Assembly (NCBI GenBank): GCA_965219385.1
Contig: CBDCNM010000002.1
Span: forward strand, 592,639-656,638
DNA length: 64,000 nucleotides
Origin: Candidatus Latescibacterota bacterium
Lineage (GTDB): Bacteria; Latescibacterota; UBA2968; UBA8231
Reading direction: 5' to 3'
Shown here: in pieces, positions 10,691 through 20,394 of the stretch
Position numbering within the stretch: the stretch's first letter is position 1
Layout: each line of letters opens with the position of its first letter
Program-made: the position numbers and the translations under genes
Notes under the pieces: generated by a model
The model's database searches: none
What the model was told of the DNA's origin: nothing
The model's input: only the letters and a program-made list of their open reading frames with translations

Positions 10691-11668
10691 TCAACCTCTC
10701 ACGGTGAGCACCACCTTACCGATGTTGCGGTTCTGCTCCAGGATCTGGTGGGCTTCCTCGGCCTGGGTAATGGACAGCACAGTGTCGATGATGGGTTCGA
10801 TTTTGCCTTCGACCAGCAGGGGCCAGAAGCGCTTTTTGAATTCCTTTACAATCTCTGTTTTTTCTTGTAGAGAACGGCTGCGCAGGAGCGAGCCGATGAG
10901 GCGCAACCGCTTGCTCTGCACCACGCCCAGATCAATCTGGGCGTGGGCTCCCGCGAGCAGGGCAATGACGACCAGGCGGCCCTTGAGCTTGAGGAGACGC
11001 AGGTTGCGCTCCAGGTACTCGCCCCCGGCAATGTCCAGGACCACGTCCACCCCGTCGGTGTGTTGCAGGATGGCCTCGGCAAAGTCCCGTTCCCTGTAGT
11101 TGACCCCGAACTCGGCGCCCAGCTCCATACAGCGGTCCAGCTTGGCCTGCGTGGAGGCGGTGACCAGAACCCGGCAGCCGGCCTGGCGGGCCAGCTGGAT
11201 GGCGGCCGTGCCCACGCCGCTGGCGCCGCCGTGTACCAGCAAGGTCTCACCCGGCTGCAATCCGGCCTCCATGAAGATATTCACAAAGGCGGTGTAAAAC
11301 ACCTCCACGACGGCCGCTCCGGTGATGAAGTCCCACTCGTCCGGCAGCCGCATCAGGAGCTGGTGGGACACGGTGACCTGTTCGGCGTAACCCCCGCCGC
11401 CCAGGAGAGCGCAGACCCGATCCCCGGGTTGCCACTCCCCCACGTGCTCGCCGACCTCGGCGACGATGCCGGCCATTTCCAGGCCCAGGTACGGGGGGGC
11501 TCCGGGGAGAGGGGAATAGCGACCGGCCCGCTGGTGCAAATCGGCCCGGTTCACGGAGGTGGCGTGGATGTCCACCAGGACTTCGTCCGGTCCGTATTCG
11601 GGATCGGGGACCTCTTCCCATTTGAGGGGATGGCCCTGACTGGTGGAATCTACTACGATGGCTTTCAT
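10691..11668 (-). CDS. NAD(P)H-quinone oxidoreductase (PIG3 family)
   Basis: VNRADL, GLEMAG, HGGASGVGTAAIQLA and NIGKVVL motifs. Confidence 0.9.
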   Translation of the reverse strand: MKAIVVDSTSQGHPLKWEEVPDPEYGPDEVLVDIHATSVNRADLHQRAGRYSPLPGAPPYLGLEMAGIVAEVGEHVGEWQPGDRVCALLGGGGYAEQVTVSHQLLMRLPDEWDFITGAAVVEVFYTAFVNIFMEAGLQPGETLLVHGGASGVGTAAIQLARQAGCRVLVTASTQAKLDRCMELGAEFGVNYRERDFAEAILQHTDGVDVVLDIAGGEYLERNLRLLKLKGRLVVIALLAGAHAQIDLGVVQSKRLRLIGSLLRSRSLQEKTEIVKEFKKRFWPLLVEGKIEPIIDTVLSITQAEEAHQILEQNRNIGKVVLTVRG

Positions 11669-11943
11669 GGATTGGACTGTTGGCTCAGTTTCTCAGACCG
11701 TTTGCCAATAAATTAACCCAGAAGATCGGCTGGGGTCAATATAGCTCTCTGTTTACGGCAGGACAACAGGTTCAATCGGCTCAAATGGGTGTACTGGCTT
11801 CCAGACGGTGCGCCGCCACCGCAAGCGGCTGTGTCTCAAGGGCGGCGAGAAGTGGATGTCCTACCTTGAGTACAGCCACGGCAAGAGAAAATCCTGAGTC
11901 GTGCAGTGCTTGCCTAAGTAGTAGGTTAGGCATAAATTTATTA

Positions 11944-12032
11944 GAAGCTATCTTAAAATTCCTGGCGCGCCCCGAGCGTGAGCGAAAAAGCGGCGGCCGG
12001 GCCAAGGCCGTCAGGGGTTTTGAGACAGCTTC
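11944..12032. mobile_element. MITE with IS5-like terminal IRs, copy 1
   Basis: Ends GAAGCTATCTTAAAA / TTTTGAGACAGCTTC, flanked by TTA and TCA. Internal similarity to the reverse complement of 47167-47281. Confidence 0.7.
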
Positions 12033-12106
12033 TCAGGCAGGCTGGGCCCGTGCCGCGGCACTGGAGCCGATGGATCCATCCTACAGGCGGAGCGGAAATT
12101 CACACC

Positions 12107-12625
12107 ATGACCAACATCGAGATCAAGGCGCATTGCCAGGATACCAAGCGCGCCGAGGAAAACTTGAGTTCCCTGGGAGCCGGGCCGGCCGGTAGCTTCC
12201 ACCAGAAGGATACCTACTTCAAGGTCGATAAAGGTCGTCTGAAACTGTGCGAAATGAGTGCGGATGAGGGACATCTGATTTTCTACCGGCGCGCGGACGT
12301 AGCCGGGCCCAAACGCAGCGACTACGAAATTGCCTTTACCACCGAACCCGACGCGCTGCGGGAAATGCTGCGCGCCGTGCTGGGAGCCTGGGTCGAAGTC
12401 GAGAAGACGCGCCAGGTGTGGCTCTGGGAGAACGTGCGCATCCATCTGGACGATGTCAAAGGCCTGGGGCAGTTCGTCGAGCTGGAGGCCGTAACCGATG
12501 AAAAGGGCGTGGCCGAGAGCCACCAGCGAGTGGAAATCCTGATGCGAGCCCTGGAGATCAAAGGCGACCAGCTGGTGGAAGGCTCGTACGGCGATATGCT
12601 GGCGTCGGAGGCGGCGAATCTCTAG
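12107..12625 (+). CDS. CYTH-domain protein (class IV adenylate cyclase-like)
   Basis: N-terminal EIK, QKDTYF, GRLKL, VEKTR and HLDDVKGLGQFVELE motifs. Confidence 0.88.
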   Translation: MTNIEIKAHCQDTKRAEENLSSLGAGPAGSFHQKDTYFKVDKGRLKLCEMSADEGHLIFYRRADVAGPKRSDYEIAFTTEPDALREMLRAVLGAWVEVEKTRQVWLWENVRIHLDDVKGLGQFVELEAVTDEKGVAESHQRVEILMRALEIKGDQLVEGSYGDMLASEAANL

Positions 12626-12715
12626 TGTCGCATCCCCGGTGATAACAGGTGGAATTCTGGCGCTGAGGCGCCCGGCTCGCAAGGCGTCTGAGACAGCGTC
12701 CACGCCCTCCTGTAG

Positions 12716-14092
12716 TCATCCTTCCGCCGCGATTATTCCCTCCGCTTCGTCACACAGGCTTTGAGCCTCCTCGGGACTCCCGCTTTCGGCCAGGATGCGG
12801 ACTATGGGTTCGGTATTGGAGGCCCGCAGGTGGATCCAGGGACATTCCAATTTTCCGTTGAGGTAGAGTTTGGAGCCGTCCTGTACGGGATGGACAAAGG
12901 CGCGGCTATGCGTCTGGCACAGCCGCGCGACGGCCTCTTTCAGGCGGTCCGGGGCGCACTCTACTTTCCGCTTTTCGATCGAGTACCTGGGCAGGGCATC
13001 GAGCAGGTAAGTCAGAGGCCGCGCGGCATGGGCCAGGGCCTCTAGGGCGATGGCCAGCCCCACGGCTGCATCGCGTCCTGGATCCACCTCGGTCAAAATC
13101 ACCCCCCCGTTGCCCTCGCCGCCGATGACGGCCTTTTCCTCCAGCATTTTTTCGACCACGTGGACCTCACCCACCGGAGTCAGGACCACCGGGCAGTCGT
13201 GCGCCCGGGCCGCGTCCGAGACGGTCTGGGAGGTCGAGAGGGTGGTCACCACCGGGCCGCGCCTCCGTGCGGTCCGGTGGTGAACCGCCAGCGCCAGGGT
13301 GTAGTCCTCGCCCACGCAGCGGCCCTGCTGGTCGACCAAGGCGACGCGGTCGGCGTCCGGATCCACGGCAAAACCTATGGCGCTGCCGTGCTGGCGCACC
13401 CCGTCGCACAACTGTGTCAGGTTGGCCGGCACCGGCTCTGGATCGTGGGCGAAAAGGCCGTCGGGCTCGCGGTTGAGGCAGAGGGCGTCGATCCCCAGTT
13501 CGTCGAGGAGCTGGGGGATGAGCAGGCTGCCGGCGCCATTGCAAAAATCCACGGTCGCCGAGAGGCGGGCCGCGCGGATGGCCTCCACGTCCACGTGGGC
13601 CAGGAGGCGTTGCAGGTGGCGGCGGCGGCAGAGGTCCAGGTCCAGCTGCAGGAGGCGGCCCCCGGGACGGCGGCGGAAGGCACCGGCGTGGAAGATCTCC
13701 TCGACCTGCCGGCTCTGGACCGCGTTGAGAAAAACGCCGTCGCCGCGGATGAGTTTGAGCCCGCTCCAGGACGCCGGGTTGTGACTGGCGGTGATGATGA
13801 GGGCACCCAAGGCCTGCTCTTCGAGGACCATCAGCTTGGCGGTCGGGGTGGTGCACGGGCCCAGCTCCAGGACCTGGCAGCCCGCCTCCTGGAGGGCGGC
13901 GGCGGCCTCCAGGGCAAAGGCCGCACCCGAGGGGCGAGTATCGCGCGCCAGCACCACCCGGGCGCCCTCGGGGAGCCAGGTGGCAAACGCCGCGGCAAAG
14001 CAGCGCACGACTTGCGGTGTCAGGGACTGATCCACGATGCCGCGGATGCCGGAAATGCTGATGATGAGCGGAGCGTCTTGGGACATGGACAT
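12716..14092 (-). CDS. glmM: Phosphoglucosamine mutase / phosphomannomutase
   Basis: SISGIRG, TASHNP (phospho-Ser), DPDADR and GGEGNGG motifs. Exact specificity uncertain. Confidence 0.8.
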   Translation of the reverse strand: MSMSQDAPLIISISGIRGIVDQSLTPQVVRCFAAAFATWLPEGARVVLARDTRPSGAAFALEAAAALQEAGCQVLELGPCTTPTAKLMVLEEQALGALIITASHNPASWSGLKLIRGDGVFLNAVQSRQVEEIFHAGAFRRRPGGRLLQLDLDLCRRRHLQRLLAHVDVEAIRAARLSATVDFCNGAGSLLIPQLLDELGIDALCLNREPDGLFAHDPEPVPANLTQLCDGVRQHGSAIGFAVDPDADRVALVDQQGRCVGEDYTLALAVHHRTARRRGPVVTTLSTSQTVSDAARAHDCPVVLTPVGEVHVVEKMLEEKAVIGGEGNGGVILTEVDPGRDAAVGLAIALEALAHAARPLTYLLDALPRYSIEKRKVECAPDRLKEAVARLCQTHSRAFVHPVQDGSKLYLNGKLECPWIHLRASNTEPIVRILAESGSPEEAQSLCDEAEGIIAAEG

Positions 14093-14359
14093 CCTAGGGG
14101 GCACCTTCCTCAGCGCTCCTGTTCTGGTTGGCGGGCTCAAGCGGATTGTCGCGCTCCGGGGAGGTGCCCTGATGGCGGAGAAGATCTGGGCACAGCAGGA
14201 CGAAAATGTCGAAATAGCGCCAATGCATCGAAATAGCGCCAATGCATACTTGGTTCCTCGCGAATGTCCCCTTTTTAATGTAAGGGGAAAGGCTCTGTTC
14301 TTCCACTGTTTTCTGTTCCTTGACACTGCGGGTGTCTCCATCTATCGTTTTCGTTTGTC

Positions 14360-15673
14360 ATGCGCTATGTATTTAGACTTTGTGTTGGGCTCGCCACGCT
14401 CCTGCTTTTGTCGTGTGTGGGACCGTTTGCCCGAAAAGAACCAGCGCGGCTTTCGGGACCGCCCTCGCCGCAGGTACGCTTCGACAGCAGCACGGCCGCG
14501 GCCTACCTCACCTGGGACCGCGCTTCCAAGCGGGGCTTTTCACATTACGAGATCCAGCGTTCCCAGGGCAGGGGTTTTGATGGGATCGGAGAAATCAGGA
14601 ACGTCGACGATACCAGCTTTGTGGATACCGGGCTGCGGGCGAACCACACCTATCGCTACAAAATAGTGAGCTATTTCATCGATAGCGAGGAAACCCTGCA
14701 ATCCCTGGCCACCACCGCGGTCGAAGGAGGGATCCACAACTTCGCAACCATGTGGAACCTGCCCATGGACGGCCCCGGGTTCAGGCCCACTCGACTGGTG
14801 ATCAGTGCGCGGGGGGTCGTCTCCGTGGTCGGGGTGGGTGCGGGCCGCGTGGAGCGCTTCGACCGCGCCGGCAATTCCCTGGGAAGCCTGGAATTCACCC
14901 CCGCACCCCTGGCCTGCCTGGAGACCGGAACCCTGGATGGTCCGATCCTGGCCCTGGATTCGCGCGACAACCTCTACGTGGCCTATAATCTACAGGAGAA
15001 GGGCGGTGCGCCGCGCGCCTTTTGGAGCAAGTTCAACGCCGAGGGCCAGCGGTTGTGGACCCTGCCTTTGGAAGGGTTGTTCGCCCGCCATATCGCCGTC
15101 GACCGCGAGGATCGCCCCTTCATCGAAAGCATCAGCCAGCTCCAGCAGTTCGATCCCCAGGGCCGGCCCCTGGCCCGGTTCAATATTCCGGCTCTGCTGG
15201 TTTCCAGTCTGCGGTTCTGGAAGGAGAATTTCGCCGCCCTGGTCGAACCCCTGCAGCTAGTCGAAGGCACCTGGCAGGCACCCAGGCTGGTGGTGTACCG
15301 AGGTCTGGAACGCAAAACAGCGGCCCTCACCATCGGCAGGGATCCTTTTTCACCCGAAGACCGCGGCAGTGGTCTGCTGGTGCGTCCCACCGATTTTGTC
15401 GTGGACGAAATTTCTTCCCGGGCCTTTGTGGTCAATGCCGGACAGAACCGCATAGAGGTGTTTCGGGACGGCAAATTCCTGACCCACTGGGGACGGCAGG
15501 GAGAAGCATCCGGGCAGTTCCGCTTCGCCGGCACGACCACGGTGATAGACGATCTCTCCACGGGCACAACCGCGGAGCGCCAGGTGGTGGCCGGCGGCAT
15601 TGCGCGGGATCTCAAGGGCTATCTGTACGTGGCCGACACCTTCAATAACCGCATTCAGAAGTTCCAACCATGA
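14360..15673 (+). CDS. Lipoprotein with FN3-like and NHL/beta-propeller domains
   Basis: Lipobox LLSC; FVDTGLRANHTYRYKI (FN3-like); YVADTFNNRIQKF (NHL). Confidence 0.75.
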   Translation: MRYVFRLCVGLATLLLLSCVGPFARKEPARLSGPPSPQVRFDSSTAAAYLTWDRASKRGFSHYEIQRSQGRGFDGIGEIRNVDDTSFVDTGLRANHTYRYKIVSYFIDSEETLQSLATTAVEGGIHNFATMWNLPMDGPGFRPTRLVISARGVVSVVGVGAGRVERFDRAGNSLGSLEFTPAPLACLETGTLDGPILALDSRDNLYVAYNLQEKGGAPRAFWSKFNAEGQRLWTLPLEGLFARHIAVDREDRPFIESISQLQQFDPQGRPLARFNIPALLVSSLRFWKENFAALVEPLQLVEGTWQAPRLVVYRGLERKTAALTIGRDPFSPEDRGSGLLVRPTDFVVDEISSRAFVVNAGQNRIEVFRDGKFLTHWGRQGEASGQFRFAGTTTVIDDLSTGTTAERQVVAGGIARDLKGYLYVADTFNNRIQKFQP

Positions 15674-16602
15674 AGCACCTGACCATCCTGCTGGTCTCGA
15701 CCTTGTGCCTGTGCATCGCGGAGCACGGCCAGACCAGAGAAAAGTACAATCTGTGGGCCAAGGAGCGCATCCGCTATCTGCGCACCAAGGTGAACCTGAA
15801 TCCCTACGACCCGCAGCTGCGGGTGTTGCTGGCCAATGCCTATTACGAAGACAAGCAAGCCTACGAAGCACTGGAGCATCTGGAGAAAGCCCTGAAGATG
15901 CAGCCGGACTTTGCCGAGGCGCATTGCAACATGGGCGTAATCCTGCACATCCAGGGACGCCTGACCGAAGCCAAGGTCCACTACGAGAAAGCCCTGCAAC
16001 AGGATTCCACCCTGGTGGAGGCCAGGTCCGGTCTGGGCACCTTGCTGTGCCGCACAGATCGGGAGAAAGCCGGCCTCAAGTATCTGAAACAGGTATTAAA
16101 AGAGGATCCCCACCGGGTCAACGCCCGTTTCAACATTGCCGTGGCCTACCACAAGCTGGGCGATTTCAAGAAGGCCATTGAGCACCTGGAAAAGGTGCGC
16201 GAAACCAAGGCGAATTATCCGGGGCTGAAGCGGGCCCTGGGTCGCGCCTACTACAGCCAGGGGCTGGTCTACCTGCAGGCCGAACAGGCCGTGCCGGCCC
16301 TCGAGGCGTTGGGGCGGGCTTCGCAGTATCTGAAGTACAATGCCAACATCTACTATGCCAAAGGCCTGGCCCACGTGAAGCAGAAAGAGCTGGACGAGGC
16401 CGAAATGGCCTTCAAAGAGGCGGTGGAACTGAATATGGATCACGTGCCCGCGCTCCATAATCTGGCCGCCCTGTGCGAGCGGATGGATCGTCCCCGGGAA
16501 GCCCTGTCTTATTACAAAAAGGTGCAGGCGCTCACGCCGCACCTGGGCACCATTGATGCGGTCAAACACGCCAAGTACGACGTGAAATTCCTTGTGGAAT
16601 AG
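15670..16602 (+). CDS. Tetratricopeptide repeat protein (secreted)
   Basis: Signal peptide and repeated TPR units (AEAHCNMG, ARFNIAVAY, ALHNLAAL). Confidence 0.85.
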   Translation: MKHLTILLVSTLCLCIAEHGQTREKYNLWAKERIRYLRTKVNLNPYDPQLRVLLANAYYEDKQAYEALEHLEKALKMQPDFAEAHCNMGVILHIQGRLTEAKVHYEKALQQDSTLVEARSGLGTLLCRTDREKAGLKYLKQVLKEDPHRVNARFNIAVAYHKLGDFKKAIEHLEKVRETKANYPGLKRALGRAYYSQGLVYLQAEQAVPALEALGRASQYLKYNANIYYAKGLAHVKQKELDEAEMAFKEAVELNMDHVPALHNLAALCERMDRPREALSYYKKVQALTPHLGTIDAVKHAKYDVKFLVE

Positions 16603-16633
16603 GGCGCGCGACGGCCAGGGGAGGCCAAAAGCG

Positions 16634-16662
16634 TTGACTTTTGCGCGACAAATACTTAAACT
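16634..16662 (+). promoter_or_regulatory. Sigma70-like promoter of infA
   Basis: TTGACT-N17-TAAACT. Confidence 0.6.
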
Positions 16663-16828
16663 ATCTTTTAAATCAACTCTTTAGGGCGAAAAATCCGTCT
16701 GGGGAGCGCCGGTATGACCTGCTGAGATGTCCATTTTCAGGTTGCGAGAGCGAGTAAAGCCTCGTCGGGAATTTTTCTCGGGGGTTGGACTCGCTCTTTT
16801 TGTGTTCTACATGCAGCAAGGAAGAGAG

Positions 16829-17047
16829 ATGGCGAAAGAAGAATCCATCGAAGTCCAGGCCGTGGTCAAGGAAGCCTTGCCCAATGGCTTCTTCAAGGTA
16901 GAGATGGAGAATGGCCACGAAGTCCTGGCCCACGTCTCCGGCAAGATGCGCAAGTACTGGATCAAGGTCCTGCCGGGCGACCAGGTGATCGTGGCGCTTT
17001 CTCCCTACGATCTGACCCGCGGGCGCATCACTTTTCGCAACCGCTGA
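16829..17047 (+). CDS. infA: Translation initiation factor IF-1
   Basis: [19 protein letters not shown]...AHVSGKMR...[14 protein letters not shown]. Confidence 0.97.
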   Translation: MAKEESIEVQAVVKEALPNGFFKVEMENGHEVLAHVSGKMRKYWIKVLPGDQVIVALSPYDLTRGRITFRNR

Positions 17048-17259
17048 GACCAGGGCCCGGATCCCACCAGGCTCCAGGGCGCCCATCCTGCAACAAGCCG
17101 GAGTAGTCTGACCGCGCGGTGATGCCGCAGGGTCCAGAGGTCTCCCAATTGTAGCGGCGCTACCCTACTTCCACGCCCTGGAGTGGCTGTCCCCCTCACG
17201 GCGCAACCTGTAGCGCCGAAAGCGGGAATACATCGGCAAGACACACCGGGAAGATCGCT

Positions 17260-18822
17260 ATGCGAGAATACAAGGCCTGGCCCTTTCGCGAAGCCGAGCA
17301 GATCCTCGGGCGGCGTTTCCCAAAGGACGAAAAGCCCGTGCTCTTCGAAACCGGATTCGGCCCCAGTGGTCTGCCCCATATCGGCACCTTTGCGGAGGTG
17401 GCCCGTACCACCTGGGTGCGCCAGGCCTTCGCCCATCTGAGCGGGCGGCCGACCCGTCTGCTGGCCTTCAGCGACGACATGGACGGTCTGCGCAAGGTGC
17501 CGCAGAATCTGCCCCGGGGCGATATCCTGGCCCAGCACCTGGGCAAGCCCTTGCACGCCGTTCCGGATCCCTTTGAAAGCAGCGCCAGTTTCAGCGGCTA
17601 CATGAACGACAAGCTGAAGGAGCTTCTCGATACCTACGCCTTCGACTACGAGTTCCAGAGTGCCCACCAGGCCTATACCCGGGGCGACTTCGACGAGGGG
17701 CTGGCGGTCCTTCTGGACAAGGTGGAAGAGGTGCGGGCCCTGATCCTGCCCACCCTGCGCGAGGAGAAGCGCGCCGGCTGGTCGCCGTTTTTCCCCATCT
17801 GTCCCTCCTGTGGTTCGGTCTACGCCACCCAGGTGAAGGGCTACCACCCGGAGCGCCGCACCCTGGACTTTGTGTGCAGCGGCGCGGCGGGCGGCGTGGA
17901 GGGCTGTGGCGCCGATGGCGAGATCTCGGTGCTGGGTGGGCAGGCCAAGGTCGGCTGGAAGGTGGACTGGGCCCTGCGCTGGTACACCTACGAGGTGGAC
18001 TACGAAATGTACGGCAAGGATCTGATCGACTCGGCCAGGCTCTCCGGCCACATTGTCCGGCTCATGGGCAAGCAGCCTCCCGTGGGCCTGACCTTCGAGT
18101 TGTTCCTGGACGAAGAAGGCCGCAAGATCTCCAAGAGCGTGGGCCGGGGCCTGACGGTGGATGCCTGGGTCCAGTACGCGCCCATCGAGTCCTTGCTCTA
18201 CTATATCTACCAGAATCCCAGAAGGGCGCGGCGGCTCTACTGGGACGTGGTGCCCCGGTGCGTGGACGATTACCTGGAGGCGCTGCGCCGCTACCCGGAG
18301 GCGGAAGCGGAAAAGCAGCCCGAAGAGGACGTATGGCACATCGGCAACGCCGGCCGCGACGTGCCCGAATACGGCGCCCAGGTAAATTTCTCGGTGGTGA
18401 ACAACCTGATTTCGGCCCTGGGTGCCGACGAGGCTGGATTGCTGATGGACTACCTGGAGCGCTACGATCCACAGGCCACTGAATACCATGAGGTGGTTGA
18501 GGACCTGGTCGAAAAAGGCCTGAACTACTACCGCGACTTTGTGCTGCCCAACAAGAAGTTCCGTTCCCCCACGCCCGCGGAGGGGAAATTGCTGGACCGC
18601 ATCAAGGAGCGGCTGGTCGCCTCCACCAGCGTCGACGAGGCCGAGCTTCAGGCCATTCCCTTTGATGTGGCCCGGGAGGCCGGCATCGAGCCCAGAAACC
18701 TGTTCCGCACCATCTACGAGGTGCTCCTTGGGCAGGAGCGCGGCCCGCGCTTTGGCTCCTTCGTGCTGCTGGTGGGTAGGGACAGGGTGCTGGAGATGCT
18801 GGAGGAAAAAACCGCCTCATGA
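17260..18822 (+). CDS. lysS: Class I lysyl-tRNA synthetase
   Basis: GPSGLPHIGT (HIGH-like), KISKSVG (KMSKS-like), WKVDWALRW and GPRFGSF motifs. Confidence 0.93.
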   Translation: MREYKAWPFREAEQILGRRFPKDEKPVLFETGFGPSGLPHIGTFAEVARTTWVRQAFAHLSGRPTRLLAFSDDMDGLRKVPQNLPRGDILAQHLGKPLHAVPDPFESSASFSGYMNDKLKELLDTYAFDYEFQSAHQAYTRGDFDEGLAVLLDKVEEVRALILPTLREEKRAGWSPFFPICPSCGSVYATQVKGYHPERRTLDFVCSGAAGGVEGCGADGEISVLGGQAKVGWKVDWALRWYTYEVDYEMYGKDLIDSARLSGHIVRLMGKQPPVGLTFELFLDEEGRKISKSVGRGLTVDAWVQYAPIESLLYYIYQNPRRARRLYWDVVPRCVDDYLEALRRYPEAEAEKQPEEDVWHIGNAGRDVPEYGAQVNFSVVNNLISALGADEAGLLMDYLERYDPQATEYHEVVEDLVEKGLNYYRDFVLPNKKFRSPTPAEGKLLDRIKERLVASTSVDEAELQAIPFDVAREAGIEPRNLFRTIYEVLLGQERGPRFGSFVLLVGRDRVLEMLEEKTAS

Positions 18823-19763
18823 ATGAGCAACAGGACCTGTTCGAGGATTTGCTGCCCAGGCCGCCGGGTTTGCAGCACCTGGAAAAGCTGCACCAGGCCC
18901 AGGCCGGGCTGCCGGAGCGGCTCTTCCTGGGGACCACCAGCTGGACCAGCGAGGATTGGGAAGGTCTGGTTTACCCCCAGGGTTGCACTTCCCAGGACTA
19001 CATCGAACACTACGCCCGGGTCTTCGGGGCGGTGGAGGTGGACTCGACCTGGTACCGGATTCCCTCGCCGCGCATGGTCGAAGGCTGGCTGCGGCGCACC
19101 CCCCAGCACTTCAAGTTTGCCGCCAAGGTGCCCCGGGCCATCACTCACGAAAAGGGCATGGTGGACTGCGGGGCGGAGATGGAGGAATTCCTCGCCGTCA
19201 TGAGCCGGCTGCAGGAGCGGCTGGGGCCGTTGCTGTTGCAGTTCGAGTACATTGCCCGGGGCCGAAACGCCCGCGAGTACGAGTACGGCGAGGATTTCCT
19301 CGATCGTCTGGGGCGTTTTTTGCCCTCTCTGCCCACGGACGAATTCGACTTTGCCGTGGAGGTGCGCAACGGCAAGTGGGTGCGACGCGGGCTGGTAGAC
19401 CTGCTCGCCCAGCACCGGGTGACCCTGGCCCTGACCAGCTACTACACCATGCCGGGCATCGCCGAGGTACGCCAAAAGCTGCTGGATCCGGTGACCGCGG
19501 ATTTCCTCTACGTGCGTTTTCTGGGGGACCGCAAGCAGATGGACGCGCACGTGCAGCAGCTGATCGAGACGGGCGCTAAGAAGCGCCAGTGGGACGAGTT
19601 GTTGTGGGACCGCCGGGCCGAGATCGAGGATTGGGTCAAGCACCTGAAAGAGCTGATCGCACAGCAGCCGGGTCTGGCGACCTACGCTTTCTTCAACAAC
19701 CACTACGCCGGGTACGCGCCGGGCTCCCTGGAGATGTTCGCGCGGGCGTGGAAGGGGTTGTGA
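18819..19763 (+). CDS. DUF72-domain protein
   Basis: GTTSW, VEVDSTWYRIP, FAAKVPRAITH, AVEVR and FFNNHYAG motifs. Confidence 0.9.
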   Translation: MNEQQDLFEDLLPRPPGLQHLEKLHQAQAGLPERLFLGTTSWTSEDWEGLVYPQGCTSQDYIEHYARVFGAVEVDSTWYRIPSPRMVEGWLRRTPQHFKFAAKVPRAITHEKGMVDCGAEMEEFLAVMSRLQERLGPLLLQFEYIARGRNAREYEYGEDFLDRLGRFLPSLPTDEFDFAVEVRNGKWVRRGLVDLLAQHRVTLALTSYYTMPGIAEVRQKLLDPVTADFLYVRFLGDRKQMDAHVQQLIETGAKKRQWDELLWDRRAEIEDWVKHLKELIAQQPGLATYAFFNNHYAGYAPGSLEMFARAWKGL

Positions 19764-19803
19764 GCAAAAAAGGCATTCGGAAAGGCCCGTCGATCTCATA
19801 CAG

Positions 19804-19945
19804 CTACTTCACCTCGATAACTTCCTCTCCCAACATATCTACGATTTTCACCGCCACTTTTGCGCCGGCGCGGGGGAGAGTCGGTTCATACTCGCCTTTG
19901 ATAAAATCGGTTTTCCTTTGCGGCAGGTCGCTTTCCACTATTTCC
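19804..19945 (-). pseudogene. C-terminal remnant of a probable site-specific DNA methyltransferase
   Basis: Not in the ORF track. Minus strand reads IVESDLPQRKTDFIKGEYEPTLPRAGAKVAVKIVDMLGEEVIEVK*; the VAVKIVD..G.E tail resembles that of Mod-like/N6-N4 methylases. Confidence 0.55.
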
Positions 19946-20348
19946 AGGATCTGTCGACGGCGCTGCTGACGCTCTTCCGGGTGGTGACGCTGGAGGACTG
20001 GACGGACGTGATGTACTCCAGATGTACGGCAGCAATGCTTATCCGGGCTACGCCGACTACGCCCAGGCCCATTTGCGCGAAGCCTCGCGGGGCCTGCCGA
20101 TCCTCGGGGCCGCCTACTTCGTGTCCTTCGTGATGCTGGGTACGATGATCATGCTGAATCTGTTTATCGGCGTGATCATCAACTCAATGGACGAGGCCGA
20201 GGCCGAAAGGGAGGCGACGGCGCGGCGACGGCACATTGAACGGGACGGCGAGATCAGCGTCGGCGACGAGATCCGCCTGATCGAGGAGGAAGTGCAGAAG
20301 CTGTCGCGGCGTTTGGGGGAGTTGCGGCGGCGGGCCGATGGGGAATGA
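19936..20348 (+). pseudogene. Bacterial voltage-gated Na/Ca channel (ion transporter) pore fragment, truncated and frameshifted
   Basis: LLTLFRVVTLEDWTDVMY selectivity filter; S6 helix YFVSFVMLGTMIMLNLFIGVIINSM plus coiled coil; frameshift near 20017. Confidence 0.85.
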
Positions 20349-20394
20349 CTGTTTAGACCTATCCGCCTGCCTTGAAGCAGTCACAACCATCTCC

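Noticed and set aside
11690..11943. Possible degraded IS remnant next to MITE copy 1
   Set aside because: Only an 8-bp AATAAATT/AATTTATT inverted match and no transposase motif.
2376..14092. cdaA-glmM operon
   Set aside because: The genes are about 9 kb apart with unrelated and oppositely oriented genes between them.
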